Shown: piece by piece, positions 1-11,350 of the stretch
Numbering within the stretch: position 1 is the first letter of the stretch
Layout of the letters: the number at the start of each line of letters is the position of its first letter
NCBI GenBank assembly: GCA_963674755.2
Contig: CAXXVS010000003.1
Span: 1,216,001-1,280,000, forward strand
Length of the DNA: 64,000 nucleotides
DNA from: Desulfobacterales bacterium
GTDB lineage: Bacteria; Desulfobacterota; Desulfobacteria; Desulfobacterales; UBA5852
Direction: 5' to 3'
Made by a program: the position numbers and the translations under genes
The notes under the pieces: generated by a model
Database searches by the model: none
What the model was told of the DNA's origin: nothing
Seen by the model: the letters and a program-made list of their open reading frames with translations, nothing else

Positions 1-1
1 C

Positions 2-868
2 ATGGCCGCCTCGCGTGCGCCGGCCGCGGCCTGGCAGTCCCGGGCCCCGGCCGATGCCTTCGGCTGTCTCGTGGATCTGACCCGCTGCATCGGCTGCCGC
101 AAATGCGAACAGGCCTGCCAGACGGTCAACAGCCTGCCGGAGCCCGAACAGTCCTTCGACGACCTGACGGTCCTGGACCGCAAGCGCCGTCCGGACGACA
201 AGAGCTTTACGGTGGTCAACCGCTACTATTCCGGCAAGATCGACGAACGCGACCAGCTCGTCCCCACCTTCGTCAAAATCCAGTGCATGCACTGCCAGGA
301 TCCGGCCTGTGCCTCGGCCTGCATCGTGGGGGCCCTCACCAAAAAAGAAAACGGCGCCGTCCACTACGACGCCGGCAAATGCATCGGCTGTCGCTATTGC
401 ATGGTGGCCTGCCCCTTCGAGATCCCGGCCTACGAGTACCACAACCCCATCACGCCTCGGGTAATGAAGTGCACCTTCTGCTACGAGCGGGTCGCCGAGG
501 AAGGCAAGCTGCCCGGCTGCGCCCAGATCTGCCCGGTGGAGGCTATCACCTTCGGCAAGCGGGCCGACCTGCTCAAACTGGGCCGCCAGCGCATCAAAGA
601 CAATCCAGGGCGCTACATCGATCACATCTACGGCGAAAACGAGGTCGGCGGCACGAGCTGGATGTACATCTCCGACCGGCCTTTTAAGGAGCTCGGGTTT
701 ATCGATGTGCCGGAAAAGCCTTTGCCGCAGCTGGCGGAAACCATCCAGCACTCCCTGTTCAGTTATCTCTGGTCCCCCATCGTCCTGTTCGCCATGCTGG
801 GCGGCGTCATGTGGGGCTTCCGGGATAAAGGCGACCGTCATGACGAGAACCAAGGAGGGAACCCATGA
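2..868 (+). CDS. 4Fe-4S dicluster protein (HybA/NrfC/HmcB-like); 5' end probably outside the window
   Basis: [37 protein letters not shown] and [13 protein letters not shown] motifs; [17 protein letters not shown]-terminal TM helix. Confidence 0.9.
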   Translation: MAASRAPAAAWQSRAPADAFGCLVDLTRCIGCRKCEQACQTVNSLPEPEQSFDDLTVLDRKRRPDDKSFTVVNRYYSGKIDERDQLVPTFVKIQCMHCQDPACASACIVGALTKKENGAVHYDAGKCIGCRYCMVACPFEIPAYEYHNPITPRVMKCTFCYERVAEEGKLPGCAQICPVEAITFGKRADLLKLGRQRIKDNPGRYIDHIYGENEVGGTSWMYISDRPFKELGFIDVPEKPLPQLAETIQHSLFSYLWSPIVLFAMLGGVMWGFRDKGDRHDENQGGNP

Positions 869-2070
869 GCCATTCCCCAAGCCCGATGCGGACCAAGTTC
901 TGGACGCCCGGGGTCGTTACCCTGGCCTTTCTGATGGCCGCCGGGGCCGCGGCCATCGTGGCCCGCTACACCGGTGGCATCGGTTATGTCACCAACCTGA
1001 CCAATGCCCGGCCCTGGGGCCTGTGGATCGGGGTCGACGTGGCTTCGGGGGTGGCCCTGGCCGCCGGCGGTTTCACCACGGCCTTCCTGGCCCACATCGT
1101 AAGCCGCCACTATTACGAACCGGTGGTGCGCCCGGCCCTGCTGACTGCCATGCTGGGCTACACCTTCGTCGTGCTGGGGCTGCTGGTGGACATCGGCCGC
1201 TCCTGGGCCATCTGGAAACCCCTGGTCTACTGGAATCCCAATTCGGTGCTCTTCGAGGTGGCCATGTGCGTCATGTTCTACCTCAACGTGCTCTACCTTG
1301 AATTCGTGCCCATCGTGGTGGCGCAGTACAAGGGACGGGTCAACCTGCCGGGGCCGCTGGCCGCCCTCAATGCGCCGCTGGAAGGCCTCCTCAAGGTGCT
1401 CGATGTGATCACCGGTAAGCTGATGTGGGCCTTCATTATCGCCGGAGTGGTGCTCTCCTGCATGCACCAGTCCAGCCTGGGCTCCCTCATGCTGATCGCC
1501 CCCACCAAGCTGCACCCCCTCTGGTATACGCCCATCCTGCCGCTGCTCTTTCTCACATCCGCCATTGCGGTGGGCTACCCCATGGTGGTCTTCGAAACCA
1601 CCCTGGTCACCTCATCCCTTAAGCTGGACCCGGAGATGCACATTCTCTCCCCCCTGATCCGCTTTACCGTCTTCCTGCTGGGGCTCTACCTGGCCCTGAA
1701 GATTGGCGACATGGGGGTGCGCGGCACCTACGTCTACCTGCTGGACGGCACGGCCCAGACCAACAGTTTCCTGGTGGAGCTCGTCTGCGGCGTGATCGTG
1801 CCCTGGGTCATGCTCCTGCTGCCCAAGGTGCGCCAGTCCCGCCGGGGCCTTTTCATCGCCTGCACCCTGATCGTGGGGGGTGTCCTCCTGAACCGCGTCA
1901 ATGTCTTCGTGGTGGGCTACCGTCCGCCCATCAGCGAGGCCAACTACGCCCCGGCTCTGCCGGAAATCATGATCACCGTCGGCCTCATCGCAGGCCTGAT
2001 GTTCCTCTATCGTTTTCTTGTGACCTATCTGCCGGTGTTGAACCGACCGGAACAGGAGGTGTCGGCATGA
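865..2070 (+). CDS. NrfD/PsrC-family quinol-interacting membrane subunit (HybB/HmcC-like)
   Basis: [37 protein letters not shown] and KLHPLW motifs; about 10 hydrophobic segments; ATGA overlap with the upstream gene. Confidence 0.9.
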   Translation: MSHSPSPMRTKFWTPGVVTLAFLMAAGAAAIVARYTGGIGYVTNLTNARPWGLWIGVDVASGVALAAGGFTTAFLAHIVSRHYYEPVVRPALLTAMLGYTFVVLGLLVDIGRSWAIWKPLVYWNPNSVLFEVAMCVMFYLNVLYLEFVPIVVAQYKGRVNLPGPLAALNAPLEGLLKVLDVITGKLMWAFIIAGVVLSCMHQSSLGSLMLIAPTKLHPLWYTPILPLLFLTSAIAVGYPMVVFETTLVTSSLKLDPEMHILSPLIRFTVFLLGLYLALKIGDMGVRGTYVYLLDGTAQTNSFLVELVCGVIVPWVMLLLPKVRQSRRGLFIACTLIVGGVLLNRVNVFVVGYRPPISEANYAPALPEIMITVGLIAGLMFLYRFLVTYLPVLNRPEQEVSA

Positions 2071-4184
2071 TCAACAAGTCATCTATCATTTTAGGGGTAA
2101 TACTCCTGGCGGGAATCAGCGGCGGACTGGTCGCACTCCCCCCGGTAGGCCCGGGAAGCGATGCGGTCTATGCCGCCGCAGCCCCGGAAACCGCCGCCAA
2201 GGAGACCCCGGCTGCCAAATGGTCGGCGCCGGACCAGGTGGCCGCCCTGGAACGGGCCCGGGAGACCCTGCCCTTCGTGGAAGCCGTCAAGGATGAGTGC
2301 AAGCTCTGCCGCCAGATGCGGCTGCGGGAGATGGGGCTTGGCACCAAGGACATCACCCACAACTACGTCGTCCTCAACAGCCCCATCATCAACACGGAGG
2401 AAGATCATTACGGACCGGTGCGCTTCATGCACGGCAAACACGCCTCCCAGATCCAGGACTGCGCGGTCTGCCACCACTACCGACCCCTGGCGGAAGACGC
2501 CAGCGAAACCACCCGCTGCTCGGCCTGCCACCAGGAAGCGTTTCGCCAGGACCATCCGGAGCGCATCGGGTTGAAGGCCGCCTATCACCAGCAGTGCATG
2601 GAATGCCATCGGGAGATGAACCAGGGCCCGGTGGACTGTATTGGCTGCCACGACAAGAACGCCCCCGACCACAAGGACAAAATCCAGTTGACCGCCGACG
2701 CGACCCCTTTCCAGGTGACCGCTGAGTGTCTGCGCTGCCACAAGGAGGCCGGCCAGGACATGCTGCAAACCGCCCACTGGAAGCTCAAGGGGCCGTCGCC
2801 TTATACTCTGGGCCACAGAAAGGAGGTCGAAATCGGGAAAAGCACCATTGCCACGAACAACTTCTGAATGAGCATCGCCAGCAACGAGGCTCGTTGCACC
2901 AGTTGTCACGTCGGCTATGGATGGAAAGATGCTTCTTTTGACCTCACGGATATGAGCAAGATCGATTGCCTGGTGTGTCACGACACCACCGGCACCTATA
3001 AAAAAGTCCCCACCGGCGCCGGTATGCCCGATCCGGAAGTGGATCTGGTGGCGGTGGCCAAAGCGGTGGGACCCACTTCCCGCAAAACCTGCGGAACCTG
3101 CCACTTCAACGGCGGCGGCGGCGAAGCGGTCAAACATGCCGATCTCTCCCGCCAGTTGTTGACGCCGGACCGCAATTGCGATGTGCATATGGGCGGCTAT
3201 GATTTCCAATGCACCGAGTGCCATCGCACCCGCAACCATAAAATCGCCGGACGCAGTTCTTCGGTTGCGGTGGTTGAAAGCAGTTTTTCCTGCGAAAACT
3301 GCCATACGGCCAATCCCCACCGGGGGGACGGTCTGCTGGACCATCATTTGAACAAGCACAGCCAAACCATCGCCTGCAACACCTGTCATTCCCCGGTCTA
3401 CGCCAAATGCAAGCCCACCAAGGTGTTCTGGGACTGGTCCAAGGCCGGAGACGTGGACCGCAAGCCCCAGAAGGACAAATACGGCATGCCGGACTATAAC
3501 TGGAAAAAAGGGGAATTCCGCTGGCAGGAATCCGCCAAACCCGTCTATGCCTGGGACAGCGGCTTCACCCAGCGCGTGCTGATCGGTGACAAGACGGATT
3601 GGCGAAAAGGGCCGATCAACATCTCCGAACCGGTCGGATCCATCAAGGACCCCAACTCCAAGATCGCGCCTTTCAAGATCATGAAGGGCATCCAGGCCGT
3701 GGACGCCGAATACGACTACCTGCTCGTGCCCCATCTGTTCCCACGGAACAAGGAGGACAAGACCGCCTACTGGAAGAACCGTGACTGGCAGAAATCTTTC
3801 GCGGACGGGATGAAGGCCGCCGGCTTGAAGTACAGCGGCACGTACGAATGGGCCACCTCCCAGATGTATTGGCGGGTGGAGCACGAAGTCATGCCGGCCG
3901 ACATGGCCCTCTCCTGTGTTCAGTGCCATGCCAGTCTGCAGTCCGAGGAGCGCACCTGCGACCGCTGCCACCAGGACAACCGCGCGGTGAATTTCAAAAA
4001 AATCGCCCACAAGGGAACCGACTTCAGCTACATGGCCTCCAAGGGGCGCGATGTGAGCCACCTCATCGGCACCACGGACTATATTGACTTCAAGGCCCTG
4101 GGCTACAAGGGCGACCCCATCATCTATGGCGGCCGCTTCAAGAAGCTGCCCATGGGGTACAAGGCCGAAGCGGAAAGAGAGTAG
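2067..4184 (+). CDS. 13-heme c-type cytochrome (c3-like tetraheme domain fused to an octaheme tetrathionate reductase-like domain); probable selenoprotein, TGA 2865-2867 read as Sec, 705 aa
   Basis: ORFs 2067..2867 and 2868..4184 are in frame and read ..TNNF-TGA-MSIASNEARCTSCH.., matching the OTR-family NNFC..SNxxRCTSCH motif; 13 CxxCH; signal peptide only on the first part; hairpin after the TGA. Confidence 0.85.
2881..2897 (+). promoter_or_regulatory. Putative bacterial SECIS hairpin
   Basis: GCAACGA-GGC-TCGTTGC: 7-bp perfect stem, loop starts with G, 20 nt after the in-frame TGA. Confidence 0.75.
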
Positions 4185-4248
4185 CCGGTCTCCGGTTTGG
4201 ATTTTCACCACCATCAAAAAGCTGCCGGGGACCTATGTTATAGATTTA

Positions 4249-4446
4249 TTAGATTAGTGATATCTTGTTCCCAATTTGTCGGGTTTTTGGAGATGTATCC
4301 CTAATGGCATTTAATGACCGTTCGTTCCGAATGATATGATCGTGGAATGATCGTTGCCAAAGAGGTTTGTTGAAGGGCGGCCAGCCGTTGTTTTTCACAT
4401 TTCTGATGTAATCATTGGTAGACATTGTTTTAAACCATTGAATCAT
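4249..4446 (-). pseudogene. C-terminal fragment of a REP-associated tyrosine (Y1/IS200-like) transposase
   Basis: IQWFKTMSTN..WQRSFHDHIIRNE motif; N-terminal HUH part missing; AT-rich. Confidence 0.75.
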
Positions 4447-4456
4447 GCCAGATACT

Positions 4457-4482
4457 GTAGGGGCGGACCGATGTGTCCGCCC
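4457..4482 (+). repeat. GTAG-type REP element
   Basis: GTAG followed by GGGCGGAC-CGATGT-GTCCGCCC perfect hairpin, adjacent to the RAYT fragment. Confidence 0.8.
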
Positions 4483-4489
4483 ATTAAAA

Positions 4490-4780
4490 CTAAACCCTTA
4501 AGAGCGGGAAAGTCACATCCGACTTGATGCCAAACAGGCGGCAGGATTCCCGGTCGCGGACAGCCTCCGGCGGCAGCTCCTCCAGCGAAGAGAAGCAAAC
4601 GATCCGACCGGACTGCATTTTTTGTAGGCACCGGGGAAAATGCTCTTGGTTCATATCGGAAGGTTGCAGACCGCCCGGAGCACTGTAAATGTGGGGAGGC
4701 GTCAATAAACCCGTGACCTCATCCGAGAACTGCCAGAGCGCCGCCAGATCCAACCCGAGGTATTCATAGACGCGGCGCCG
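4490..4780 (-). pseudogene. GAF-domain gene fragment similar to the N-terminus of the activator at 11945-13504
   Basis: RRVYEYLGLDLAALWQ..ELPPEAVRDRESCRLFGIKSDVTFPL aligns by eye with RRVCERLHIDRSTLFQ..DLPAEADRDRQSFIHYGTQSMVGVPL. Confidence 0.65.
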
Positions 4781-4794
4781 GGCAGTGATGAAGC

Positions 4795-6441
4795 TTACCA
4801 GTCAGGCCATTGCCAATCCCGGCGATCCTTCTCGTCAGCAGGCGACTCCAGCCCCTGAGGATCCAGCAGGTCGCCCCAGTTGGTACGCTCGATCATTTGG
4901 TTGCGGTTTGCGGCCGAAAGCGGGTCTTCGCCCTCCCTGATTTGCCAGCCTCCCCCCAGGGCCTTGTAGGTGGCCACCAGATTTGTGCTCACCTGGCCGC
5001 TCACGTCGGTCAAAAGATCTTCCTGGGTGACCAGGAACCGCAGGGAGTCCAATACGCGCTGGTAGTCAGCGACCCCTTCGCGATATTGCACCAGCGATAA
5101 TTCCACCGATCGGCGGGCGGCCGCGACGCTGTCTTTCAGGAACCACTCTTCTTCCTTGGACCGCGTATACGCTACCAGTGCATCCTCGACTTCCCGTTGG
5201 GCGTTCAGCACCGTATTGCGGTAATTGACCACAAGCGCCTGAAGGCGCGCATCCTCGACCCGCACACGGTTGCGGATGCGCCCGTAATTCAGAATATCCC
5301 AGCTGAAACCGGGACCGGCGGTCCAGAACATACTGTTATGGTCGAACAAATCTCCCAGATCACGGTCGCCGGAGGCGGAACTGGCATCGGTCGAGCTCCA
5401 TCCAATGCTTCCGGCCAGGTAAAAATGCGGATACAGGTCGGCCTTGGCGATCCCGATCTGAGGGCTCTGGGCGGCGATGCGCAGCTCGTTGAGCCGAATG
5501 TCGGGTCGACGTCGGAGAAGATTGTTGGGGATGTCGATAACGACGGCCTCCGCGGCTACCGGAATCTTTGCCGGCCCATCCAACACGTCCTTCAGTTCCC
5601 CCGGCAGCACCCCCAGCAGGATGGCCATAGCGTTGCGGGCTTGGCGCAGGCCGATCTCCAAGCGGGGAATCGAGGCCTGGGTGTTGCGCAGCAACGTCCT
5701 GGCCTGGGTCACATCCAACTCCGAAACGGCGCCCTCCTTGAATCGGACTTTGGCAATCTGCAGTGATTGCTCCTGCGCCTTCACGTTCTGGCCGGCGATC
5801 ACCAGGCGTTTCTGCAAGGTGCGGATGACGATGTAGGTGCGCGCAACTTCCGCCGTCAGCGAGACGAGCAGGTCGTCATAGCTGGCGACCGTGGCCTCCA
5901 GGTTGGCGGTGCCGGATTGCACCGAACGGCGGAACTTGCCCCAGACGTCCAACTCCCAGGCCGCATCGAACCCCAGGCTAAGGGCATTGAAATGATCGTC
6001 GTAAATAGGGCTGTCGCCACCGGTGCTGAGTTTGTTGTTGGTGAGATCTCCGCCGGCCGACTGCTGCTGTGGGTACAGGGTGCCAATCGCAATCCCCAGC
6101 TGGGCGCGCGCTTCATAAATGCGGATGCCCGCGATCTGCAAGGAAAGATTCTGCCGATAGGCCTTTTCAATCAGGGTGTCGAGCACGGGATCGTCAAACA
6201 CCCGCCACCAGTCGCCATAGTCGGCCTTACCGACCCTCAGGCCGGGCGCCCGGGCCTCCGCCCAGTCTTTCAGCAGCGGCGCCTCCGGTTTGACAAAATC
6301 CGGTCCGACCATGGTGCAGCCGCTCATGATCAACACCATGGCAACTCCCGCCAGCCACAAAGACATCGTTGGTTGGGGCCGTCTCGCCAAGCGCCCTGTC
6401 CGGTCTTGATCGGTTAGCGCATCGCCTGTGCCTGTATCCAT
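4795..6441 (-). CDS. RND efflux outer membrane lipoprotein (OprM/NodT family)
   Basis: Lipobox MSGC followed by VGPDF; WWRVFDDPVL, WELDVWG, LLRRRPDI and YKALGGGW motifs; true start may be slightly downstream. Confidence 0.92.
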   Translation of the reverse strand: MDTGTGDALTDQDRTGRLARRPQPTMSLWLAGVAMVLIMSGCTMVGPDFVKPEAPLLKDWAEARAPGLRVGKADYGDWWRVFDDPVLDTLIEKAYRQNLSLQIAGIRIYEARAQLGIAIGTLYPQQQSAGGDLTNNKLSTGGDSPIYDDHFNALSLGFDAAWELDVWGKFRRSVQSGTANLEATVASYDDLLVSLTAEVARTYIVIRTLQKRLVIAGQNVKAQEQSLQIAKVRFKEGAVSELDVTQARTLLRNTQASIPRLEIGLRQARNAMAILLGVLPGELKDVLDGPAKIPVAAEAVVIDIPNNLLRRRPDIRLNELRIAAQSPQIGIAKADLYPHFYLAGSIGWSSTDASSASGDRDLGDLFDHNSMFWTAGPGFSWDILNYGRIRNRVRVEDARLQALVVNYRNTVLNAQREVEDALVAYTRSKEEEWFLKDSVAAARRSVELSLVQYREGVADYQRVLDSLRFLVTQEDLLTDVSGQVSTNLVATYKALGGGWQIREGEDPLSAANRNQMIERTNWGDLLDPQGLESPADEKDRRDWQWPDW

Positions 6442-6522
6442 AGTGCGTTCCCCTTTATAACCTGCCGATCCTGAATGGTGTCCGCATCTCGTGGCGTCCT
6501 TCTCGTGCGGTTGTGTCGGGGG

Positions 6523-9500
6523 TCAGCCAGAGACATGGTCGACCGGCGGCTTGACCCGGAAAAAGACACTGTAGAGAGCTGGAACAAAGTTGAGCGTAAA
6601 CATGCTGCCGATACCCAGGCCGAAGAACATGATGCACGCCATCCCATAGAAGAGGGGGTCGTGATTGATGATCAACGGCGTGAACCCCAGCATGGTGGTT
6701 GAAACCGAAAGCAGGATGGGCCTGAATCGGCTGACCGCCGAATTGACCACCGCATCGTAGGGCGTCTGCCCCTCGCGCCGGTTTTCCTCGATTTTATCGA
6801 TCATCACGATACCGTTGTTCACGATGGATCCGGCCAGGGCCAACAGCCCGAGGATGACCATAAACCCGAAATCGGCCTGCATCACCAACAGGCCCACTAC
6901 GGACCCCACGACGACCAGGGGCATGGTCAGGATGATGATGGCGGCCCTACGGATGGAGTTGAACTGCCATACCAGCAGGAAGATAATGCCGCCAAAGCAT
7001 GGCAGCAGCCATTTGGCGAGGTTCTTCTGGGCCTTGGCGGAGTCTTCCAATTCGCCGCCCACCTCCCACTTGTAATTTTTGGGGAACGTCATCCCGGCCA
7101 GGGTAGGTTGCAGGGCGGCAAAGATCTCGGAGGCCTTCAATACCTGGTTTTTGGCGCTGACGGTGATGGTGCGCTCCTGATTGTAGCGCACGATCCGGTT
7201 CAGCTCGCCTACGACATACACATTCGTCACCTGGCTGAGCGGCACGCTGCCTCCGTTTGACGAACGGATGCCGAGCGTGCGCAGGCTTTCGGGAGAATCC
7301 CTTTCCGCCTTGACGCCGCGCCCGACGATGGGGATTTGAACATTGCCTGTGTGGTACGTGGTCGCCGTCACGCCGTCCACAAAGAAATCCAGGGTATCGG
7401 CCACATCCTTCGATGTCACCCCGGCACGCAGGGCGCGGGTCTGATCGACATCCGCCTTGACCGCAATCACCCGGTTGTTCCAATCCTGCTTGATGTCCAT
7501 GGTGCCGGGGATGTTGCGCAGCCCGGCCATCAACTGCGCGGCCTGCTCCTCCAGCACGGCGGTATCGGGACCGCTCAGCCGGATTTCCATCAGGCCGGTT
7601 TCGCTGCCGCCCAGCCACATGGGTTTAACCCGGCCGCGGACGTTGGGGAAATGATCGTTCAGGTATTCGCTGGTGCGTTGGACGAGTTCGGGCACCTCTT
7701 TGTTGGTCTGGGTGTTGACGATCAAAAACCCGACGAAGGGATCCGGGTCCAACGGCGACAGGGAGAGGAAGAAGCGCGGCCCGCCGTTGCCCACATAGGC
7801 GATCGTACTGGTGATTTCGGGGTTGGCCTGCTTGTCCTGCAGCCAGGCGCTGACTTCTCTTACGGTCCGGTCGGTTTCCGCGATGGCCGTGCCGGCCGGC
7901 AGGTCGAGATAGATCAAATACTGGTTGCGGTCCCCGCTCGGGAAAAAGGCCTGGGGGATAAACGTGGCCGCATACAATGCGGCCGCAAACGCGCCCCCCG
8001 CAAGGGCCAGCACCAGCACCCGATTGCGCAGGGAAAAATGCAGGACCTTGCGGTAGATCCCATAGAATTTCCCTTGGTAGGGATCGCGCGCCTGTTTCTG
8101 ATCACCGCGGCCGGCCGGTTCGGTCTTTAAAAACCAGTAGCACATGCTGGTGGAGGAGAACATGGAGAGGAACCAGGACCCCATGAGCAGAATGATCATC
8201 ACCGACCCCAGCGAGGAGGTGTAATCCCCGGTGGAACCGATTTGCAGCAGAATCGGTCCGAAGGCGAACACCGTCGTCAGCGTGCTGGTGAGCAGCGGGA
8301 CGGAAAGGGAGCTGCCGGTCTTCAAAACGGCCTCCCTGCGCGCCAGACCCCTTTCCATATTGACTTTAATATCGTCGGAGACCACGATGGCGTTGTCCAC
8401 GAACATCCCCAGGGCAATGATCATCGTGGCCAGCGACATGCGCTCCAGATCGATGCCCAGCGCCTGCATCGCCACGAGACCGAAAAGCATGACCAGGGGG
8501 ATGAACGAGCCGACGATCAATCCGGTTCTAAGCCCCAGCAGCAGCATGACCACCACCAGGACGATGGCCACGCTTTCGATCACGTTGATCACCATGCCGT
8601 TGACGGCCTTGTTGATGAGTTCCGGCTGGTAGGTCGCGAATTCGAGCACATAGCCCCACGGCAGGGACTGCTCCAACGCATGCACTTCCTTCTGCAGCCG
8701 CTCGCCGAACGCCACGGCATCGACCCCCCGGAGGATAAAGACGCTCAGGACGATGGCCTGGTGCCCATTGTAGTAGGCCGGATTGTTGATGGGCTCCACG
8801 TAAGCTTTGCGGACGGTGGCGATATCCCTCAGCGGAATCGAGGCCCGGGTGCCGGAAATCGGGATCAGAACCTCTTCGATCTCCTCGATGGACGTGAACC
8901 GGCCTTCGGTTTCCACGATCAATTCCACATCGTCGATGTCGATCCGGCCGCCGGGCAAAAGGATGTTCTGGGCCCGCAAACTTTTCCCGATATCGGCGGG
9001 ATCGATTCCCAGCTGCGCCATCTTGGCGTTGGACACCTCGAGATAGATGCGCTCGTCCTGCACGCCGGTCAGATCGACCTTCTGGATGCCCTTCAGCAGG
9101 TTGAGGCGCTCTCTGATCTGCCGGGCGGTTTCTTGCATTTCCGCCATGCTGAAGCCATCGCTCCACAGGGCGATGGTGGCCACCGACGTATCGCCGAAGG
9201 TATCGTTGACCATCGGTCCGACAGTGCCTTCCGGCAGTTCGGGTTTGACATCGTTCATCCGGTTGCGCAGCAGTTTCCATGTCGCCGGGAGCTGTTCGGC
9301 GGGCACTTCATCCTTGATGGTCACATGGATCAGGCATTCGCCGACCTTGGAGGTGGAATTCCTGATCTTGTCCACTTCGCCCATGCTCCGGATCTGCTCT
9401 TCGATGGGCCGGGTGATCAGGCGTTCCACCTGTTCCACGGGCATGCCCGGATTTTTTGCAACCACCACTGCCTCGCGGATCGTAATGAAGGGGTCCTCCA

Positions 9501-9606
9501 GTTTCGGGAGGTTTATAAATGCATACACGCCTCCCACGACGAGCAGCACCATCGACATGATGACGGTTCGCGAGTTGTTCAGAGCAAATGCGGTGATTCC
9601 CTTCAT
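6523..9606 (-). CDS. RND transporter permease (AcrB/AcrD/AcrF family)
   Basis: 1027 aa; GMFVDNAIVV and SRFRPILL motifs; two TM clusters. Confidence 0.93.
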   Translation of the reverse strand: MKGITAFALNNSRTVIMSMVLLVVGGVYAFINLPKLEDPFITIREAVVVAKNPGMPVEQVERLITRPIEEQIRSMGEVDKIRNSTSKVGECLIHVTIKDEVPAEQLPATWKLLRNRMNDVKPELPEGTVGPMVNDTFGDTSVATIALWSDGFSMAEMQETARQIRERLNLLKGIQKVDLTGVQDERIYLEVSNAKMAQLGIDPADIGKSLRAQNILLPGGRIDIDDVELIVETEGRFTSIEEIEEVLIPISGTRASIPLRDIATVRKAYVEPINNPAYYNGHQAIVLSVFILRGVDAVAFGERLQKEVHALEQSLPWGYVLEFATYQPELINKAVNGMVINVIESVAIVLVVVMLLLGLRTGLIVGSFIPLVMLFGLVAMQALGIDLERMSLATMIIALGMFVDNAIVVSDDIKVNMERGLARREAVLKTGSSLSVPLLTSTLTTVFAFGPILLQIGSTGDYTSSLGSVMIILLMGSWFLSMFSSTSMCYWFLKTEPAGRGDQKQARDPYQGKFYGIYRKVLHFSLRNRVLVLALAGGAFAAALYAATFIPQAFFPSGDRNQYLIYLDLPAGTAIAETDRTVREVSAWLQDKQANPEITSTIAYVGNGGPRFFLSLSPLDPDPFVGFLIVNTQTNKEVPELVQRTSEYLNDHFPNVRGRVKPMWLGGSETGLMEIRLSGPDTAVLEEQAAQLMAGLRNIPGTMDIKQDWNNRVIAVKADVDQTRALRAGVTSKDVADTLDFFVDGVTATTYHTGNVQIPIVGRGVKAERDSPESLRTLGIRSSNGGSVPLSQVTNVYVVGELNRIVRYNQERTITVSAKNQVLKASEIFAALQPTLAGMTFPKNYKWEVGGELEDSAKAQKNLAKWLLPCFGGIIFLLVWQFNSIRRAAIIILTMPLVVVGSVVGLLVMQADFGFMVILGLLALAGSIVNNGIVMIDKIEENRREGQTPYDAVVNSAVSRFRPILLSVSTTMLGFTPLIINHDPLFYGMACIMFFGLGIGSMFTLNFVPALYSVFFRVKPPVDHVSG

Positions 9607-9750
9607 AATGGCTTCCTTCAGTTCCGCAGGGTAATGATGATCGGGCCGAGACCGCCGGAATACGTGGTGTCGGAATCGCCAACACCTTTGAATGTGGGCG
9701 GTTGGAGGGGGCCCAAGGGTGCCGACGGGCGGATGAATCCCAGCGACCCT

Positions 9751-10839
9751 TTACGGCTGCAGCAGTTTGACTTTCATTCCATCGGCCAGAAAACTCACAC
9801 CGGCCACGGCAATGATGTTTCCCGGTTCAAGACCTTCGGTTGCAACGGCATTTTTTCCCTGCAGGCTGCCGAAGCGGACCCTCGTCTTTTTGACCGTGGA
9901 TGTCTGGGGGTCATAAACGAAGGCGTACCCCTGGTTCGCTTCCGCGGCGGGCAAAATGGCCTGGAGGGGCAGCGTGTATCCGGGGGGCTGTTTTTTGCCG
10001 GCTATCGTCAGCGTTGCTTCAGCGGTCATGCCGGGCTTGATTTTGGCATTCGGCTCCAGCAGATCCACTTTGACCGGGAAGGCATTGGCCTGGACAGCAG
10101 CAGAACCGATGTAGGCGATACGTCCTTGGACGGACGTGTCCGGCAGTGTGGGGAAGGCGATCGTCGTCGCGTCATCGATGTTAATCTGGTCGATGGTGGT
10201 CTCCGGGACCGCCAACTGGACTTCCATCTTCCCCGAGGCATTGATTTCGAAGATCTTCTGCCCGGTCTGCACCTCCTCGTTCGGCTGCACCGAGCGCCAG
10301 GCGATGGTGCCGTCGTAAGGCGAGAGCAGTTTCGTTTTGCGCAGATTGCGCTCGGCCTGCGCCAGTCGGGCCACCTGATAATCGACCGCACTCTTGGCCG
10401 CTTTGTAATTGTATTCGGCGACATCCAAACGGCTTCTGACCCCCGCCCCCTGATCGAAAATCCGTTTTTCGCGTTCGTACTGGGACTTGGATTCATTGAC
10501 ATAGTCCCTGGCTTTTAGCAGCTCCGCCTGGATCGCACTGACATCGAGCTGATAGGGCTCCGGATCGAGCACGGCAAGGATTTGCCCTTTCGCCACGCGA
10601 TCGCCGATATCGACGGCCACCGACGCCACCTGCCCGCCGACCTGAAAACTGAGGTCGGCGGAATCGACGGCGGCGACAACCGCGGGGAATTTCCGCACCT
10701 GCGCGACCGCCTGCTCACTGACCGTCATGGTCTTGATCGCCCGGACGACATCCACAACCTCGGTTTTTTCTTTGCAGGCCGTCAGGGCGACCGACAGGCA
10801 AAGAAGCCAGACCATTCGCTTTAACGTCTTTTTGGACAT
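9751..10839 (-). CDS. RND periplasmic adaptor (membrane fusion protein), lipoprotein
   Basis: Likely start MSKKTLKR..LTAC; LSFQVGG, SPYDG and KPGMTA motifs. Confidence 0.9.
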   Translation of the reverse strand: MSKKTLKRMVWLLCLSVALTACKEKTEVVDVVRAIKTMTVSEQAVAQVRKFPAVVAAVDSADLSFQVGGQVASVAVDIGDRVAKGQILAVLDPEPYQLDVSAIQAELLKARDYVNESKSQYEREKRIFDQGAGVRSRLDVAEYNYKAAKSAVDYQVARLAQAERNLRKTKLLSPYDGTIAWRSVQPNEEVQTGQKIFEINASGKMEVQLAVPETTIDQINIDDATTIAFPTLPDTSVQGRIAYIGSAAVQANAFPVKVDLLEPNAKIKPGMTAEATLTIAGKKQPPGYTLPLQAILPAAEANQGYAFVYDPQTSTVKKTRVRFGSLQGKNAVATEGLEPGNIIAVAGVSFLADGMKVKLLQP

Positions 10840-11350
10840 CTTAACCCTCGTCTTTATAAAGCAATTGCTGTTATTGGATTCAGGGACGACCCGTCGCCGA
10901 ACAAGGCAAGTCCGGCCACCAAGCCGCCCGCGTCCGTTCACGACACGTAGCGCTTCAGCAAATTCTTCCATTGGGATGATTTCATAAAACCCGGCGGCCC
11001 GTTCATGACCCCCACCCGCAATGGCGGCGACAATGCGGGCGCATCTTGGGGAAACGCCTCTTCCAGGCAAGGCAAAGGAAGCCAGAACCCAGTGAGGCTG
11101 CATAGGATGAGGCGCGTTATCCTGGGTTGCGGTGGCATATGCGGAGTCTCCCAAAAGGGGGCTGTCCAGAAGACGTTACGGTGAAGGTTAATCCAATTAA
11201 TTCCATTGTATTTTACGCCGCGCGTCTGATCCAAATAGCGTTTGACCCGCTCGGCCCAATACTTGAAAGCGTCCCCCGCCGATCCCCACTTCGAGCACCG
11301 TTCGGTGAGGCGGCCGTTTTAGCGTCCTGGCTACCGCGATCCCCCGGCAA

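Noticed and set aside
2298..2312. CKLCR as a 14th heme site
   Set aside because: Lacks the His; not counted, though it could be a disulfide or atypical site
2868..4184. Independent gene starting at the ATG right after the TGA
   Set aside because: No SD or signal peptide, and it splits a conserved OTR motif; readthrough explains it better
2091..4217. 708-aa antisense ORF; similar ones at 8242-10518, 21033-22742, 31883-33484, 45448-46998 and 50403-52139
   Set aside because: Shadow ORFs opposite well-supported genes in GC-rich DNA, with no recognisable motifs
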